NCBI GenBank assembly: GCA_038210415.1
Contig: JBBQWS010000009.1
Location: 14,267 to 78,266, forward strand
DNA: 64,000 nucleotides
From: Actinomycetes bacterium
GTDB lineage: Bacteria > Actinomycetota > Actinomycetes > Prado026
Direction: 5' to 3'
In this document: one piece after another, positions 1-10,152 of the stretch
Position numbering within the stretch: the first letter of the stretch is position 1
Layout of the letters: every line of letters starts with the position of its first letter
Position numbers and translations under genes: made by a program
The notes under the pieces: generated by a model
The model's database searches: none
The model's input: the letters and a program-made list of their open reading frames with translations, nothing else
Told to the model about the DNA's origin: nothing

Positions 1-2
1 CC

Positions 3-275
3 GCAGGCGTGCTCGCGGCGATGTACCTCGGGGTGAAGGACGGGCTCAGCGCCCCCCCACCGCTCGAGGGATACGGCTACGACCCGGCGGGAGCGGAGCA
101 GCTGCCGTCGTCCCTCGGCGAGGCGCTGGATGCGCTCGAGGCCGACACCGCGCTCACGGACGTGCTGGGCGAGGTCTTTGTCGGCGCCTACCTCGACTTC
201 AAGCGGGCCGAGGTGGCCCGGTTCGACTCCTGGGTGACCGACTGGGAGCTGCGCGAGTACGCGTACCACCTCTGA
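3..275 (+). CDS. glutamine synthetase family protein, C-terminal fragment (5' end outside window)
   Basis: The frame is open to the left edge. The C-terminal peptide LPSSLGEALDALEADTALTDVLGEVFVGAYLDFKRAEVARFDSWVTDWELREYAYHL looks like the conserved end of GlnA-type / gamma-glutamyl-amine ligases. Recognised from memory, not searched. Confidence 0.55.
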   Translation, partial: AGVLAAMYLGVKDGLSAPPPLEGYGYDPAGAEQLPSSLGEALDALEADTALTDVLGEVFVGAYLDFKRAEVARFDSWVTDWELREYAYHL

Positions 276-315
276 CCAACCCGACCGTCTTCGTCCCCCC
301 GTAGGAGAGAACGCC

Positions 316-1566
316 ATGCGCCTCGATGAGGTCGACCTCGCCGACAACGACCACTTCATGAACGACACGCCGTGGGAGATGTTCGACGTCCTGCGCCGCG
401 AGGATCCCGTGCACTGGCAGGAGGAGGCTGCGCCGAACCAGGGGTTTTGGGCCGTAACCAGGCACGACGACATCGTCCGCGTGCTACGCGACGACGCCAC
501 GTTCTCGTCCGAGGTCGGCGCGGTGTCTCTCGAGGAGCTCCAGGACGACCAGCTGACGGTCCGCAGGTCGATGCTCGAGACCGACGGGGCGCGGCACTGG
601 GCGCTGCGCCGGCTGCTGCAGAAGGAGTTCACGCCCAAGGCCGTCGCTCACTACGGCACCTTCCTGCGTGGCCTCACCGCGACGACGCTCGACCGCGCGC
701 TGCCGAAGGGCGAGTTCGACTTCGTGAAGGAGGTCAGCGCCGACTTCCCGATCCGCGTGCTGGCCAAGATGCTCGACGTCCCGGACGCCGACACGCCCCA
801 GCTCATCGAGTGGGGCAACCGGATGATCGGCAACACCGACCCCGACTACGCCGACGTGCTGGTCGACTCCGAGGACACCGAGGCCTACCGGCTGCTGCCG
901 TTCCGCTCCCCGGCCGCTCTGGAGGTCTTCGAGTACGGGCGCAGGCTGGCCGCGGAGCGTCGCGGCGGCGAGGGCACCGATCTCGTCTCGACGATGATCA
1001 ACCAGGTGCCCGAGGACGGCATCGGACTCTCCGAACGTGACTTCGACAACTACTTCCTGATGATCGTCGTGGCGGGCAACGAGACGACGCGGCACGGCAT
1101 CTCGCACGCGATGCGGGCGCTGATCGAGCACCCGAAGGCGATGGACCAGCTGAAGGAACGACCCGAGCTGATGCCGGTCGCGGTCGAGGAGTTCCTCCGG
1201 TGGGGCACCCCCGTGCACCACTTCCGGCGCACCGCGACCCGCGACGTCGAGATCCGCGGCAAGCAGGTCAAGGCTGGCGACAAGGTGGTCGTCTGGTTCG
1301 GCTCCGGCAACCGCGACGAGGAGGTGTTCGGGAACCCGTACGACTTCGACATCGAGCGGACCCCGAACGACCACGTCACGTTCGGCAAAGGCGGGCCGCA
1401 CTTCTGCCTCGGCAACGCCCTGGCCCGCCTGGAGATCCGGACCATGTTCGAGGAGCTCCTGCCGCGGCTGTCGTCCGTCGAGGTCGCCGGGCCGGTCGAG
1501 ACGATGCGGTCCAACTTCGTCCACGGGATCAAGCGCTTCCCGGTGCGAGTGACCACCGCCGTCTAG
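316..1566 (+). CDS. cytochrome P450
   Basis: 416 aa. Heme-thiolate loop FGKGGPHFCLGNALA (FxxGxxxCxG), I-helix AGNETT and EXXR (EEFLRW). AGGAGA Shine-Dalgarno just upstream of the ATG. Confidence 0.9.
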   Translation: MRLDEVDLADNDHFMNDTPWEMFDVLRREDPVHWQEEAAPNQGFWAVTRHDDIVRVLRDDATFSSEVGAVSLEELQDDQLTVRRSMLETDGARHWALRRLLQKEFTPKAVAHYGTFLRGLTATTLDRALPKGEFDFVKEVSADFPIRVLAKMLDVPDADTPQLIEWGNRMIGNTDPDYADVLVDSEDTEAYRLLPFRSPAALEVFEYGRRLAAERRGGEGTDLVSTMINQVPEDGIGLSERDFDNYFLMIVVAGNETTRHGISHAMRALIEHPKAMDQLKERPELMPVAVEEFLRWGTPVHHFRRTATRDVEIRGKQVKAGDKVVVWFGSGNRDEEVFGNPYDFDIERTPNDHVTFGKGGPHFCLGNALARLEIRTMFEELLPRLSSVEVAGPVETMRSNFVHGIKRFPVRVTTAV

Positions 1567-1575
1567 GTTGGCCGG

Positions 1576-2262
1576 ATGTTCGGTGAAACCCTGACCGGCG
1601 CGGCCCTGCCGTCCGGTGCGCTCTGCCTGACCTTTGACGACGGCCCTGGTGACACGGCCGGACCCGGGCCGGGACCAAGGACCTTCGAGCTCGCCAGGTA
1701 CCTCGCCGCGGAGCAGGTGCCGGCGACGTTCTTCCTCTCCGGAAAGCACGTGCTCGAGCTGCCGAATGCTCCGGCGCGGCTTGCGGCACTCGGTTTCGAC
1801 GTGGGCAACCACTCGCAGCAGCACGTGAACCTTGTCGAGCTGTTGGCCGCCGGCGGGGACGTGGTGGCCGAGCTGGTGGCGACGGCCGAGCTGATCGCCG
1901 CCGGCGTGCGCGGACCCGTGCACTTCCGGCCTCCGTACGGGTCCTGGTCGGCCGACGTGGCCGCCGCGCTGAACGCGGACGTGGAGCTCGCCCGTACGCA
2001 TGTGGGTCCGGTGCTCTGGGACGTCGACGGGGGCGACTGGCGACACTGGCGCGACCAGAGCACCCCGCAGGCCTGCGCCGACGACTACCTAGCCCGGATC
2101 GACGCCGCCGGCCACGGCATCGTGCTGCAGCACGACTGCACCGCCGACAGCGACGCGATCAAGGCAGCGAACCGGACGCTCGAGACGGTGCAGCTGCTCG
2201 TACCCGAGCTCAGACGCCGCGGCTACACGTTCGTCTCGCTGGCCGAGGCCTTGGCGGCGTAG
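1576..2262 (+). CDS. polysaccharide deacetylase (NodB-type) family protein
   Basis: 228 aa. NodB motif 1 LTFDDGP, followed by GNHSQQH. Confidence 0.8.
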   Translation: MFGETLTGAALPSGALCLTFDDGPGDTAGPGPGPRTFELARYLAAEQVPATFFLSGKHVLELPNAPARLAALGFDVGNHSQQHVNLVELLAAGGDVVAELVATAELIAAGVRGPVHFRPPYGSWSADVAAALNADVELARTHVGPVLWDVDGGDWRHWRDQSTPQACADDYLARIDAAGHGIVLQHDCTADSDAIKAANRTLETVQLLVPELRRRGYTFVSLAEALAA

Positions 2263-2319
2263 CCGAGGAGCGCCGAACCCGCCGATACGCTGGGCGACGT
2301 CTCCTCTGAACGGACACCC

Positions 2320-4893
2320 ATGGATCTGACCACCAAGAGCCAGGAAGCCCTTGCGGCGGCGCAGCGAAGCGCCGTGACGGCCGGCAACCCGAGCCTCGAA
2401 CCCGCGCACCTGCTGGCGGCACTCCTCGACCAGCCTGAAGGCATCGCGCTCGCCCTGCTAGACGCGCTCGGTGTCGACCGCGCCGGTATCCGCGTGCAGG
2501 CGGACGCCGCCGTCAGCCGACTGCCCCGTGCGTCCGGGGCGACAGTCTCGGCCCCGCAGGCGTCTGGTGCGTTGCAGCGGGTCCTGGCCATGGCCACCGA
2601 ACGCGCGACTGCGCGCGGCGACGGGTTCATCTCGACCGAGCACCTGCTGCTGGGGCTGGCGGCAGCCGGGGCCGACTCGGCCGACCTGCTGCGCGAGCAC
2701 GGTGCGACCGAGACCGCGCTCACCGAGGCGCTCGATCGGGTGCGCGGCTCGGCCCGCGTCGGTTCGGCCGACCCGGAGGGTTCGTTCCAGGCCCTGGAGA
2801 AGTACGGGGTCGACCTCACCGCCCGGGCCCGCGAGGGCGCGATCGACCCGGTCATCGGGCGTGACGCCGAGATCCGCCGGGTCGTGCAGGTGCTTTCGAG
2901 GCGGACCAAGAACAACCCGGTGCTCATCGGCGAGCCAGGTGTCGGCAAGACCGCTGTCGTCGAAGGTCTGGCGCAGCGCATGGTGGCGGGTGACGTGCCG
3001 GAGTCGTTGCGGGGCAAGCGGTTGGTGTCGCTCGACCTCGGCGCGATGCTCGCGGGGGCCAAGTACCGCGGCGAGTTCGAGGAGCGGCTCAAGGCCGTGC
3101 TCGACGAGATCAAGGGGTCGGACGGCCAGGTCGTCACGTTCATCGACGAACTGCACACCGTGGTCGGTGCCGGCGCATCAGGTGACTCCGCGATGGACGC
3201 GAGCAACATGCTCAAGCCGATGCTCGCCCGCGGAGAGCTGAGAATGGTGGGAGCCACGACCCTTGACGAGTACCGCCAGCACATCGAGAAGGACCCGGCG
3301 CTCGAGCGCCGGTTCCAGCAGGTGCTCGTGGGTGAGCCCTCGGTCGAGGACACGGTCGGCATCCTGCGTGGGCTGAAGGAGAAGTACGAGGCGCACCACA
3401 AGGTGCAGATCGCGGACGCCGCCCTGGTCGCCGCTGCGGTGCTGAGCAACCGGTACATCACCTCGCGGTTCCTCCCCGACAAGGCGATCGATCTTGTCGA
3501 CGAGGCAGCGTCGCGGCTGCGCATGGAGATCGACTCCAGGCCGATCGAGATCGACGAGCTGCAGCGCGCCGTCGACCGGCTGCGCATGGAGGAGATGGCC
3601 CTCGAGCACGAGACCGACGACGCGTCCGTCGAGCGGCTGCGCCGGCTGCGCGCCGACCTCGCCGACCGGCAGGAGAAGCTCAACGCGCTGAACGCCCGCT
3701 GGGAACAGGAGAAGGGTGCGCTCAACCGCGCCGGAGCCCTGGCCGAGGAGCTCGACCGGCTGCGCACCGAGGTCGACCTCGCACAGCGTTCGGGTGACCT
3801 CGAGAAGGCGTCGCGGCTGCTGTACGGCCGGGTCCACGAGGTCGAGAACGAGCTGGCGATCGCCCGCGAAGAAGCCAACTCGCGCAGCGCCATGGTCAAG
3901 GAGAACGTCGGCCCCGACGACATCGCCGAGGTCGTCGCCGCCTGGACGGGCATCCCGGCGGGTCGCCTGCTCCAGGGCGAGACCGAGAAGCTGCTGCAGA
4001 TGGAGGACCGGATCGGTGACCGGCTGATCGGTCAGGCGGCCGCCGTGCGCACGGTGTCCGACGCCGTGCGCCGGGCGCGGGCCGGTATCTCCGACCCCGA
4101 CCGGCCGACGGGTTCGTTCCTGTTCCTCGGCCCGACCGGGGTGGGCAAGACCGAGCTCGCGAAGGCCCTGGCCGAGTTCCTCTTCGACGACCCGCACGCC
4201 ATGGTCCGCATCGACATGAGCGAGTACGGCGAGAAGCACTCGGTGTCGCGGCTGGTCGGAGCGCCCCCCGGCTACGTCGGCTACGAGGAGGGCGGGCAGC
4301 TCACCGAGGCGGTCCGGCGGCGTCCGTACTCCGTGATCCTGCTCGACGAGGTCGAGAAGGCGCACCCCGAGGTCTTCGACCTGCTGCTGCAGGTGCTCGA
4401 CGACGGCCGGCTGACCGACGGCCAGGGCCGCACCGTCGACTTCCGCAACGTCATCCTGATCATGACGTCGAACCTCGGCTCGCACCTGCTCGTGGACCCC
4501 GGCTTGGACGGGGTCGCCAAGCGCGAAGGCGTGATGACGCTCGTGCGCGCGTCGTTCAAGCCCGAGTTCTTGAACCGGCTCGACGACGTCGTGCTCTTCG
4601 ACCCGCTCGGCATCGAGGACCTGGCCCGGATCGTCGACCTGCAGGTGAGCCTGCTGGCGAAGCGGCTGGTCGACCGCCGGCTCACGCTGGCGGTGACCCC
4701 GGCGGCGCGGGAGTGGTTGGCACTGGCGGGTTTCGACCCTGTCTACGGGGCCCGGCCGCTGCGCCGGCTCATCCAGACCGGGATCGGCGACCAGCTCGCG
4801 CGTTCGATCCTGTCAGGCGAGGTACGAGACGGCAGTGAGGTCGCGGTCGACGTCGACGCCGACGGCACCCATCTGGTGGTCAGCGGCGCCTAG
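2320..4893 (+). CDS. clpB: ATP-dependent chaperone ClpB
   Basis: 857 aa. N-terminal Clp_N repeats, two AAA+ modules (Walker A GEPGVGKT and GPTGVGKT) and a long coiled-coil middle domain between them. Confidence 0.97.
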   Translation: MDLTTKSQEALAAAQRSAVTAGNPSLEPAHLLAALLDQPEGIALALLDALGVDRAGIRVQADAAVSRLPRASGATVSAPQASGALQRVLAMATERATARGDGFISTEHLLLGLAAAGADSADLLREHGATETALTEALDRVRGSARVGSADPEGSFQALEKYGVDLTARAREGAIDPVIGRDAEIRRVVQVLSRRTKNNPVLIGEPGVGKTAVVEGLAQRMVAGDVPESLRGKRLVSLDLGAMLAGAKYRGEFEERLKAVLDEIKGSDGQVVTFIDELHTVVGAGASGDSAMDASNMLKPMLARGELRMVGATTLDEYRQHIEKDPALERRFQQVLVGEPSVEDTVGILRGLKEKYEAHHKVQIADAALVAAAVLSNRYITSRFLPDKAIDLVDEAASRLRMEIDSRPIEIDELQRAVDRLRMEEMALEHETDDASVERLRRLRADLADRQEKLNALNARWEQEKGALNRAGALAEELDRLRTEVDLAQRSGDLEKASRLLYGRVHEVENELAIAREEANSRSAMVKENVGPDDIAEVVAAWTGIPAGRLLQGETEKLLQMEDRIGDRLIGQAAAVRTVSDAVRRARAGISDPDRPTGSFLFLGPTGVGKTELAKALAEFLFDDPHAMVRIDMSEYGEKHSVSRLVGAPPGYVGYEEGGQLTEAVRRRPYSVILLDEVEKAHPEVFDLLLQVLDDGRLTDGQGRTVDFRNVILIMTSNLGSHLLVDPGLDGVAKREGVMTLVRASFKPEFLNRLDDVVLFDPLGIEDLARIVDLQVSLLAKRLVDRRLTLAVTPAAREWLALAGFDPVYGARPLRRLIQTGIGDQLARSILSGEVRDGSEVAVDVDADGTHLVVSGA

Positions 4894-4973
4894 CTGGCCC
4901 GCGGATGGCCCCGGGCGCGACTCGGCTACTGGCTCGGGTTCAGCCCCGCTAGCAGGGGTGCGGGGGGGTCGGC

Positions 4974-6143
4974 TCAACGGAAGGCGCCCGCGGCCAGCCG
5001 GTCGAGCGCCTCGGCAATGACGACCTCGCGCTTGCAGAAGGCCCAGCGCACCAATGGTCGGCCGATCTCGACGTTGTCGTAGAAGACCTGGTGCGGGATC
5101 GCGACGACGCCGCAGCGTTGCGGCAGGGCCCGGCAGAACGCGACGCCGTCGTCCCAGCCGACGCTGCGTACGTCCGTGGTCGCGAAGTAGGTGCCGCGGG
5201 GCACGAACACGTCGAAGCCGAGCTGGGCCAGCCCGTCGCACAGCTGGTCGCGGCGCGAGGCGAGCTCGGTGCGTAGCCCCTCGAAGTACGACGCAGGCAG
5301 CGCGAGCGCCTCGGCGATGGCGTACTGGAACGGGCCGGACGACACGTAGGTCAGGAACTGCTTGGTCGTCCGCACGGCAGCGACGAGCTCGGGGGACCCG
5401 GTCGCCCAGCCGACCTTCCAGCCGGTGAACGAGAACGACTTGCCCCCCGACGAGATCGTGAGGGTGCGGTCGGCCATGCCCGGCAGGGTGCAGATGGGGA
5501 TGTGCTCGGCGCCGTCGAAGGTCAGGTGCTCGTAGACCTCGTCGCTGATCACGAGCAGGTCGTGCGCGACCGCCACCTCTGCCAGGGCGGTGAGCTCGGC
5601 GCGCGAGAGCACCGCGCCGGTGGGGTTGTGCGGGGTGTTCAGCAGGATCGCCCGGGTTCGCGGGGTCACCGCCCGGCGCAGCGCGTCGACGTCGAGGGCG
5701 AAGTCGGGCGCCCGCAACGTGACCGGCACCCGGACGCCGCGGGCCATGGTGATCGCGGCCGCATAGCAGTCGAAGTACGGCTCCAGTGCGATCACCTCGT
5801 CGCCGGCATCGACGAGGGCGAGGATCGCTGCGGCGAGCGCCTCGGACGCCCCGGCCGTGACGAGGACCTGCGCATCCGGGTCGAGCTCGATGCCGTATCG
5901 CGATCGCTGGTGCTCGGCGACCGCGCGGCGGAGCTCGGGGACGCCGAGGCCGGGCGGGTACTGGTTGCCGCGGCCCTCGCGGATGGCCCGCACGGCCGCC
6001 TCGGCGATCTCGCCCGGGCCGTCGGTGTCGGGGAATCCCTGGCCCAGGTTGATCGACCCGGTCGCGGACGCGAGGGCCGACATCTCCGCGAAGATTGACG
6101 TACCGAGGCCTTGCAGGTGTGGGGAGAGCAGGCGGGCGACCAT
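4974..6143 (-). CDS. PLP-dependent aminotransferase, class I/II (DapC / MalY-like)
   Basis: 389 aa. N-terminal LQGLGTSIFAEMSALA..INLGQGFPD and PLP-lysine context SSGGKSFSFTGWKVGW. Confidence 0.85.
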   Translation of the reverse strand: MVARLLSPHLQGLGTSIFAEMSALASATGSINLGQGFPDTDGPGEIAEAAVRAIREGRGNQYPPGLGVPELRRAVAEHQRSRYGIELDPDAQVLVTAGASEALAAAILALVDAGDEVIALEPYFDCYAAAITMARGVRVPVTLRAPDFALDVDALRRAVTPRTRAILLNTPHNPTGAVLSRAELTALAEVAVAHDLLVISDEVYEHLTFDGAEHIPICTLPGMADRTLTISSGGKSFSFTGWKVGWATGSPELVAAVRTTKQFLTYVSSGPFQYAIAEALALPASYFEGLRTELASRRDQLCDGLAQLGFDVFVPRGTYFATTDVRSVGWDDGVAFCRALPQRCGVVAIPHQVFYDNVEIGRPLVRWAFCKREVVIAEALDRLAAGAFR

Positions 6144-6172
6144 CCCGACAACGTACGTGGCAGGCTGAGCGA

Positions 6173-6931
6173 ATGGCTATCGCACTCGTCACCGGCTCGA
6201 CGTCAGGCATCGGCGCGGCGTTCGCGGAGCGGCTCGCGGCTCGGGGCTACGACCTCGTGCTGGTGGCCCGCACCGCGGCCAGGCTCGAAGCGCAGGCCGA
6301 ATCTCTGCGGCATCGGTACGGCGGCGCCGTCGAGGTGCTGCCCGCGGACCTCGCCGACCCGCTGGCCCTGCGCGAGATCGAGGCGCGGCTGGCGGCGGAG
6401 CCCTTCGACCTGCTGGTCAACAACGCCGGCTTCGGTACGAACCAGAGGTTCGCCGACGGTGACGTGAGCGAGGAGGAACGGCAGCTCGACGTCCTCGTGC
6501 GTGCGGTGCTCCGGCTGACCCATGCCGCGATCGGCCCGATGATCCGACGCAGGCAGGGAGCGGTCGTCAACGTCTCGTCGGTCGCCGGCTTCGTGCCTGG
6601 CGGGTCCTACGCCGCGGCCAAGGGCTGGGTGACGTCGTTCAGCGAGGGCCTCGCCGCAGAGCTCGACCCCGCTGGCGTCCAGGTCATGGCGCTCTGCCCC
6701 GGGTTCACGCGGACGGAGTTCCACGAACGTGCCGGCATGGACGTCTCGGCGATCCCGGACCGGATGTGGCTGCAGCCGGACGACCTGGTCGAAGCGGCGC
6801 TCGTGGACCTCGCGAAGGGCAAGCGCGTAAGCATCCCCGGGACGACGTACAAGGTGCTGGCCACTGCGGCCCGGCATGCGCCGCGGCGCGCTGTCGCGGC
6901 TGCGTATCGCCGGGCCAGGCCCAAGCGGTAA
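6173..6931 (+). CDS. SDR family oxidoreductase
   Basis: The internal ATG at 6173 gives MAIALVTGSTSGIGAAF (TGxxxGIG) and the catalytic YAAAK. The upstream extension to 6095 overlaps the aminotransferase start. Confidence 0.85.
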   Translation: MAIALVTGSTSGIGAAFAERLAARGYDLVLVARTAARLEAQAESLRHRYGGAVEVLPADLADPLALREIEARLAAEPFDLLVNNAGFGTNQRFADGDVSEEERQLDVLVRAVLRLTHAAIGPMIRRRQGAVVNVSSVAGFVPGGSYAAAKGWVTSFSEGLAAELDPAGVQVMALCPGFTRTEFHERAGMDVSAIPDRMWLQPDDLVEAALVDLAKGKRVSIPGTTYKVLATAARHAPRRAVAAAYRRARPKR

Positions 6932-6970
6932 CCCGGCGAGTGGTCCGCGGAGCCAGCTGTCAGCCCGGGT

Positions 6971-9970
6971 TCAGCCCGAGCTGACCGTGATGACGCCGAC
7001 GTAGAATGTCTCGTTGGTGCTGCGCGCGGTGAGCACGGGGACCGCCTCGGCCGGGAACGTCACCTGGTAGGTGTCGACGTTCGTGCCGAAGGTGAGCGGC
7101 GGCCCGATAGCGCCGTCGGACGACGAGTCGGCGACGTTGTTCGGGTCCTGCGACCCGCCGACCGGCGTGAGCGGGGCGCCGTTGAGATCCATGGAGTCGC
7201 CGACAAGGCTCGCGTCGCTCTCCCAGAGCACCGCACCGATCGTTGTCGCGGCTCCGGGGACGCCGGTGATCGTGGTCGCCTGGTCCCGGCCCGGTTGTAC
7301 GCTGGCGATCCCGTCGAACACGGTCACCTGCGCTCCCGGGTGCGTCGGGTCGTCGAAGACGACGACCAGCGACCAACCGGCGTAGCGGTTGCTGCCGAGG
7401 GTCGCCGTCGGGTCGGCGGCCGACCAGGTGCCGCCACCACCGGCCCGGACCGACGAGGTGACGTCCGCGAAGGCCTGGTAGACCTTCGGGTTGGCTTTCG
7501 CGTCGACCAGGTGGGCGGCAGTGACGTCGGTGTAGTCCGAGTCCGCGGGACCACGGAGCTTGATGTGGGTCGGGTCGGTGGTGCCGTCCCAGCTGCCGGA
7601 CCAGTACAGCCCGGCCCAGCGCACCGTGGCGCCGCTCGGCATGGCGAGGTTGACCGCGGACGACGCGTAGGTCGAGGGGTCGCCGTCGGCGTCGTACCAG
7701 GTCATGTTCCAGTCGTTGTTGTCGAGCTTGGTGCCGATCCGGTTCTGGGCGTCGGTGCAGCCCTTGAGCACGATCGGGCAGGTCATCAACGTGTTGCCGA
7801 CCTGGGTGATCGATAGGGCGCCCTGGCCGGAGAACCGAGCGGTGAGGCCCTCCTTCTGGATGCCGCGCTCACCCGTGAGCGTGATCGGGGCAAGACCGGC
7901 CGCGCTGACGGTGACGGTCACCGGGGTGTCGCCGAGCGAGCGTTCGGCGACGTCGACCCGGAGGTACGCGGTCGTGGACTCACCCGGTGCCAAGGCGGGG
8001 TGCATGCAGGTGGCCCCATCGGTGGCTGCCGAGCACGACCAGCCGGTGACCGGCGCTCCGGTGGCGTACGTACGCGGGTGCAGGGCCGGGAGCCCGTCGG
8101 GCAGCCCGACCGCCGAGCCCTGGACGCCGACGAACGTGACGCCCTTGGGCAGCGCGACCGTGGCAGCCAGGGCGGTGGAGGTAGCGGTCCCGGTGTTGGT
8201 CACGGTGAAGCCGATCAGGCCGCTGCGGCCCTGCACCAGGTCGCCGAGCCGAGCCATCGAACCCGACAGGAGCGCGGCGCCCGGGTCAGTGGGACTGGGG
8301 GAGGGCGACGGGGACGGTGTCCCAGTGTCGGTCGGGCTCGGCGACGGCGAGGGCGACGGGGATCCGGTGTCGGTCGGGCTGGGGCTCGCGCTCGGGCTGG
8401 GGCTGGTCGACGTCGGCGTGGGGCTGGGGCTGGTCGAGGTCGGGCTGGGGCTCGGGCTGGTCGACGTCGGGGTCGGCCCGGCCGGGCTCGAGCTGGTCAC
8501 GGGTACCGGGATGGTCGCCAGCGAGGTCGGACCGCTCCCGGGTGTCGACGGGTCGCTTGGCCCGGGCGTCGACGGCCCGCTCGGACCGCCGGGTCCCCCG
8601 GTGCCGGCAGAGTCGCTCGGGCCCGGGACGACGGGTGCCGTCGCCGCCGGCGGGTCGCCGTTGATGTCCGGCTGTCCTGAGCTCTGGGTGAGTGCGACGA
8701 CGACACCGGCCCCGGCCAGCCCGATGACCGCTGCAGCGACGCCGGCGATCCAGGTCGTGGTGAGCGCGCCCCCGGTCGCCGTTGCCGTGATCGTCAGCGT
8801 CGGGATCGCGCTCGCCGCCGCGGTTCCGGTGCTGCTGCTGCTCGCTGCTGCGGCTGCCGGTGTGCTGGCTGCTGCGGCACTGGCGGCTGATCCCACGGCT
8901 GCGAGTCCGGCGGCTCCTGCGGCAGCCGCGGCGGCCACCGCTACCGCCCCCGACGACGCTGCTGCTCCGCCGCCTGCTGCTCCGGCGCCTGCTGCGCCGG
9001 CCCCCGCACCAGCACCGCTCGCCGCACCAGCGCCACCCGCGCCAGGGATCGAGCTGATGGCTGCGCCCGCGCCGAGCAGCGCGCCCGCTTTGAGGTAGCC
9101 TGCGACGAAGAGCCCCAGGACCAGCGGCGCAACGACGGCGCGCATGCCGTGATTGACGTCGACGAGCTCGCCGACGAGGGCCCGGCACCTCTCGCAGGTG
9201 TCGAGGTGGCCTTCGACCTGGGCGGTCTCACGCTTGGACAGGCCTCCGCGGGCGTACGAGCCGAGCCGGTCGGAGTACGGCTGGCAGCCCTGGTCGAGCG
9301 GCCCCATGAGGTGCTGCTGGAGGTAGGCCTGGCGCAGTCCCTCGCGGGCGCGGTACGCGAGCGCGGCGACGCCGTTGGCGGTGAGCCCGAGGATCGGGGC
9401 TACCTGAGCCGGGTTCAGTCCCTCGACCTCGGTGTGCCACAGCACCGTCTGCCAGCGCTCGGGAAGCGACGAGTACGCCCGGGCGACGAGCGACTTCTCC
9501 AGGCCCTCGACGGCGGGGTCGACGAACGGGACGCCCGGGTCGTACGGCTCGAGGTCGTCGGTGACCTGGACCTTGCTGCTCGCCCGGGTGCGGTCGTACG
9601 CGCCTCGCCGGAGGGCGGTCAGCAGGTACGCGCGGAACGCGACGTCGGGCCCGCCGCCGGCCTGGAGCACGACCAGCACCTTCGCGAAGGCGTCCGACAC
9701 GAAGTCTTCGGCCTCGCCGGGGTCGCGGGTCAGCTGCCGGGCTAGCGAGCGCGCGGCGCCGATGTGCCGCGAGAAGAGCGGCCCGAACGCCTCGGTGTTG
9801 CCGGCCCGGACCGCGGTGATCAGCTCAGCGTCGCTCGGCTCGACTGCGCCTTCGGGGGCGGCGTCGAGCGGGACGGGGGGCTGTTCGGACACGGGTCGGG
9901 CTTCTCCATTCGAGGTCGGCGAGCTCGTGCGTGGGGCAGTTTGTCCGGTCTGCGGCCTATCAGTGTCCAT
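6971..9970 (-). CDS. ECF sigma factor fused to a zinc anti-sigma motif, membrane segments, an Ala/Gly-rich tract, a Pro/Ser/Thr linker and a ~435-aa C-terminal domain
   Basis: - One uninterrupted frame.
- Sigma-70 region 2 (FVSDAFAKVLV) and region 4 HTH (NPAQVAPILGLTANGVAALAYRAREGL).
- HLDTCERC (HxxxCxxC) motif.
- Hydrophobic segments VVAPLVLGLFVAGYL and WIAGVAAAVIGLAGAGVVVAL.
- SPSPSPSPTDTG repeats, then a Trp/Asp-rich domain.
- Start taken at ATG 9970. The farther TTG at 9991 would make codon 2 a rare TTA. Confidence 0.75.
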   Translation of the reverse strand: MDTDRPQTGQTAPRTSSPTSNGEARPVSEQPPVPLDAAPEGAVEPSDAELITAVRAGNTEAFGPLFSRHIGAARSLARQLTRDPGEAEDFVSDAFAKVLVVLQAGGGPDVAFRAYLLTALRRGAYDRTRASSKVQVTDDLEPYDPGVPFVDPAVEGLEKSLVARAYSSLPERWQTVLWHTEVEGLNPAQVAPILGLTANGVAALAYRAREGLRQAYLQQHLMGPLDQGCQPYSDRLGSYARGGLSKRETAQVEGHLDTCERCRALVGELVDVNHGMRAVVAPLVLGLFVAGYLKAGALLGAGAAISSIPGAGGAGAASGAGAGAGAAGAGAAGGGAAASSGAVAVAAAAAAGAAGLAAVGSAASAAAASTPAAAAASSSSTGTAAASAIPTLTITATATGGALTTTWIAGVAAAVIGLAGAGVVVALTQSSGQPDINGDPPAATAPVVPGPSDSAGTGGPGGPSGPSTPGPSDPSTPGSGPTSLATIPVPVTSSSPAGPTPTSTSPSPSPTSTSPSPTPTSTSPSPSASPSPTDTGSPSPSPSPSPTDTGTPSPSPSPSPTDPGAALLSGSMARLGDLVQGRSGLIGFTVTNTGTATSTALAATVALPKGVTFVGVQGSAVGLPDGLPALHPRTYATGAPVTGWSCSAATDGATCMHPALAPGESTTAYLRVDVAERSLGDTPVTVTVSAAGLAPITLTGERGIQKEGLTARFSGQGALSITQVGNTLMTCPIVLKGCTDAQNRIGTKLDNNDWNMTWYDADGDPSTYASSAVNLAMPSGATVRWAGLYWSGSWDGTTDPTHIKLRGPADSDYTDVTAAHLVDAKANPKVYQAFADVTSSVRAGGGGTWSAADPTATLGSNRYAGWSLVVVFDDPTHPGAQVTVFDGIASVQPGRDQATTITGVPGAATTIGAVLWESDASLVGDSMDLNGAPLTPVGGSQDPNNVADSSSDGAIGPPLTFGTNVDTYQVTFPAEAVPVLTARSTNETFYVGVITVSSG
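8282..8674 (-). repeat. coding low-complexity Pro/Ser/Thr linker with tandem ~45-nt units (inside the ECF fusion gene)
   Basis: Residues ~440-570 of the ECF fusion. The sequence SPSPTDTGSPSPSPSPSPTDTGTPSPSPSPSPTDPG is visible as repeated GGCGACGGGGA..GTGTCGGTCGGGCT units on the + strand at about 8285-8400. Confidence 0.7.
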
Positions 9971-10152
9971 GATCGCGCGTGCGTATAACAACGCTTACAA
10001 GACAGAGACGTCGCCGCCACCGGATCGTGACGGAGAAACGGCCCTGGAAGCCGTACGGAAAAAACATCGACCAAACCCGCGTCACGGTTGAGCCCTGGGG
10101 ACGTCTCATCGGTGTTCGGGAAGTTTCCAGCCGGAGAGAGAGGAGGACGCAG

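Noticed and set aside
484-2046. 520-aa minus-strand ORF, plus similar long antisense ORFs at 2223-3953, 10414-12516, 33267-35546, 38872-40071, 43762-45057, 49872-51551 and 56681-58486
   Set aside because: Each lies opposite a gene with clear catalytic motifs (P450, clpB, ALDH, copD, purL, FMO, ABC permease, RCC1 protein). All show low-complexity Arg/Gly/Pro/Ala composition, so they are high-GC artefacts.
2263-2319. HspR-type HAIR operator (CTTGAGT-N7-ACTCAAG) upstream of clpB
   Set aside because: No match to the inverted repeat occurs in the 57-nt spacer.
8700-9060. GC-rich GCN-repeat DNA that looks like a tandem or simple-sequence repeat
   Set aside because: It is the coding sequence of the Ala/Gly-rich tract of the ECF fusion protein. 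The repetition comes from codon-level low complexity, not from an independent repeat element.
9971-10152. ECF-type promoter (GGAAC-N16/17-CGT) for autoregulation of the sigma fusion
   Set aside because: The best candidate on the minus strand, GGAAAC-N19-CGTC, has the wrong spacing, and I do not know the cognate motif for this ECF group. That is too weak to annotate.
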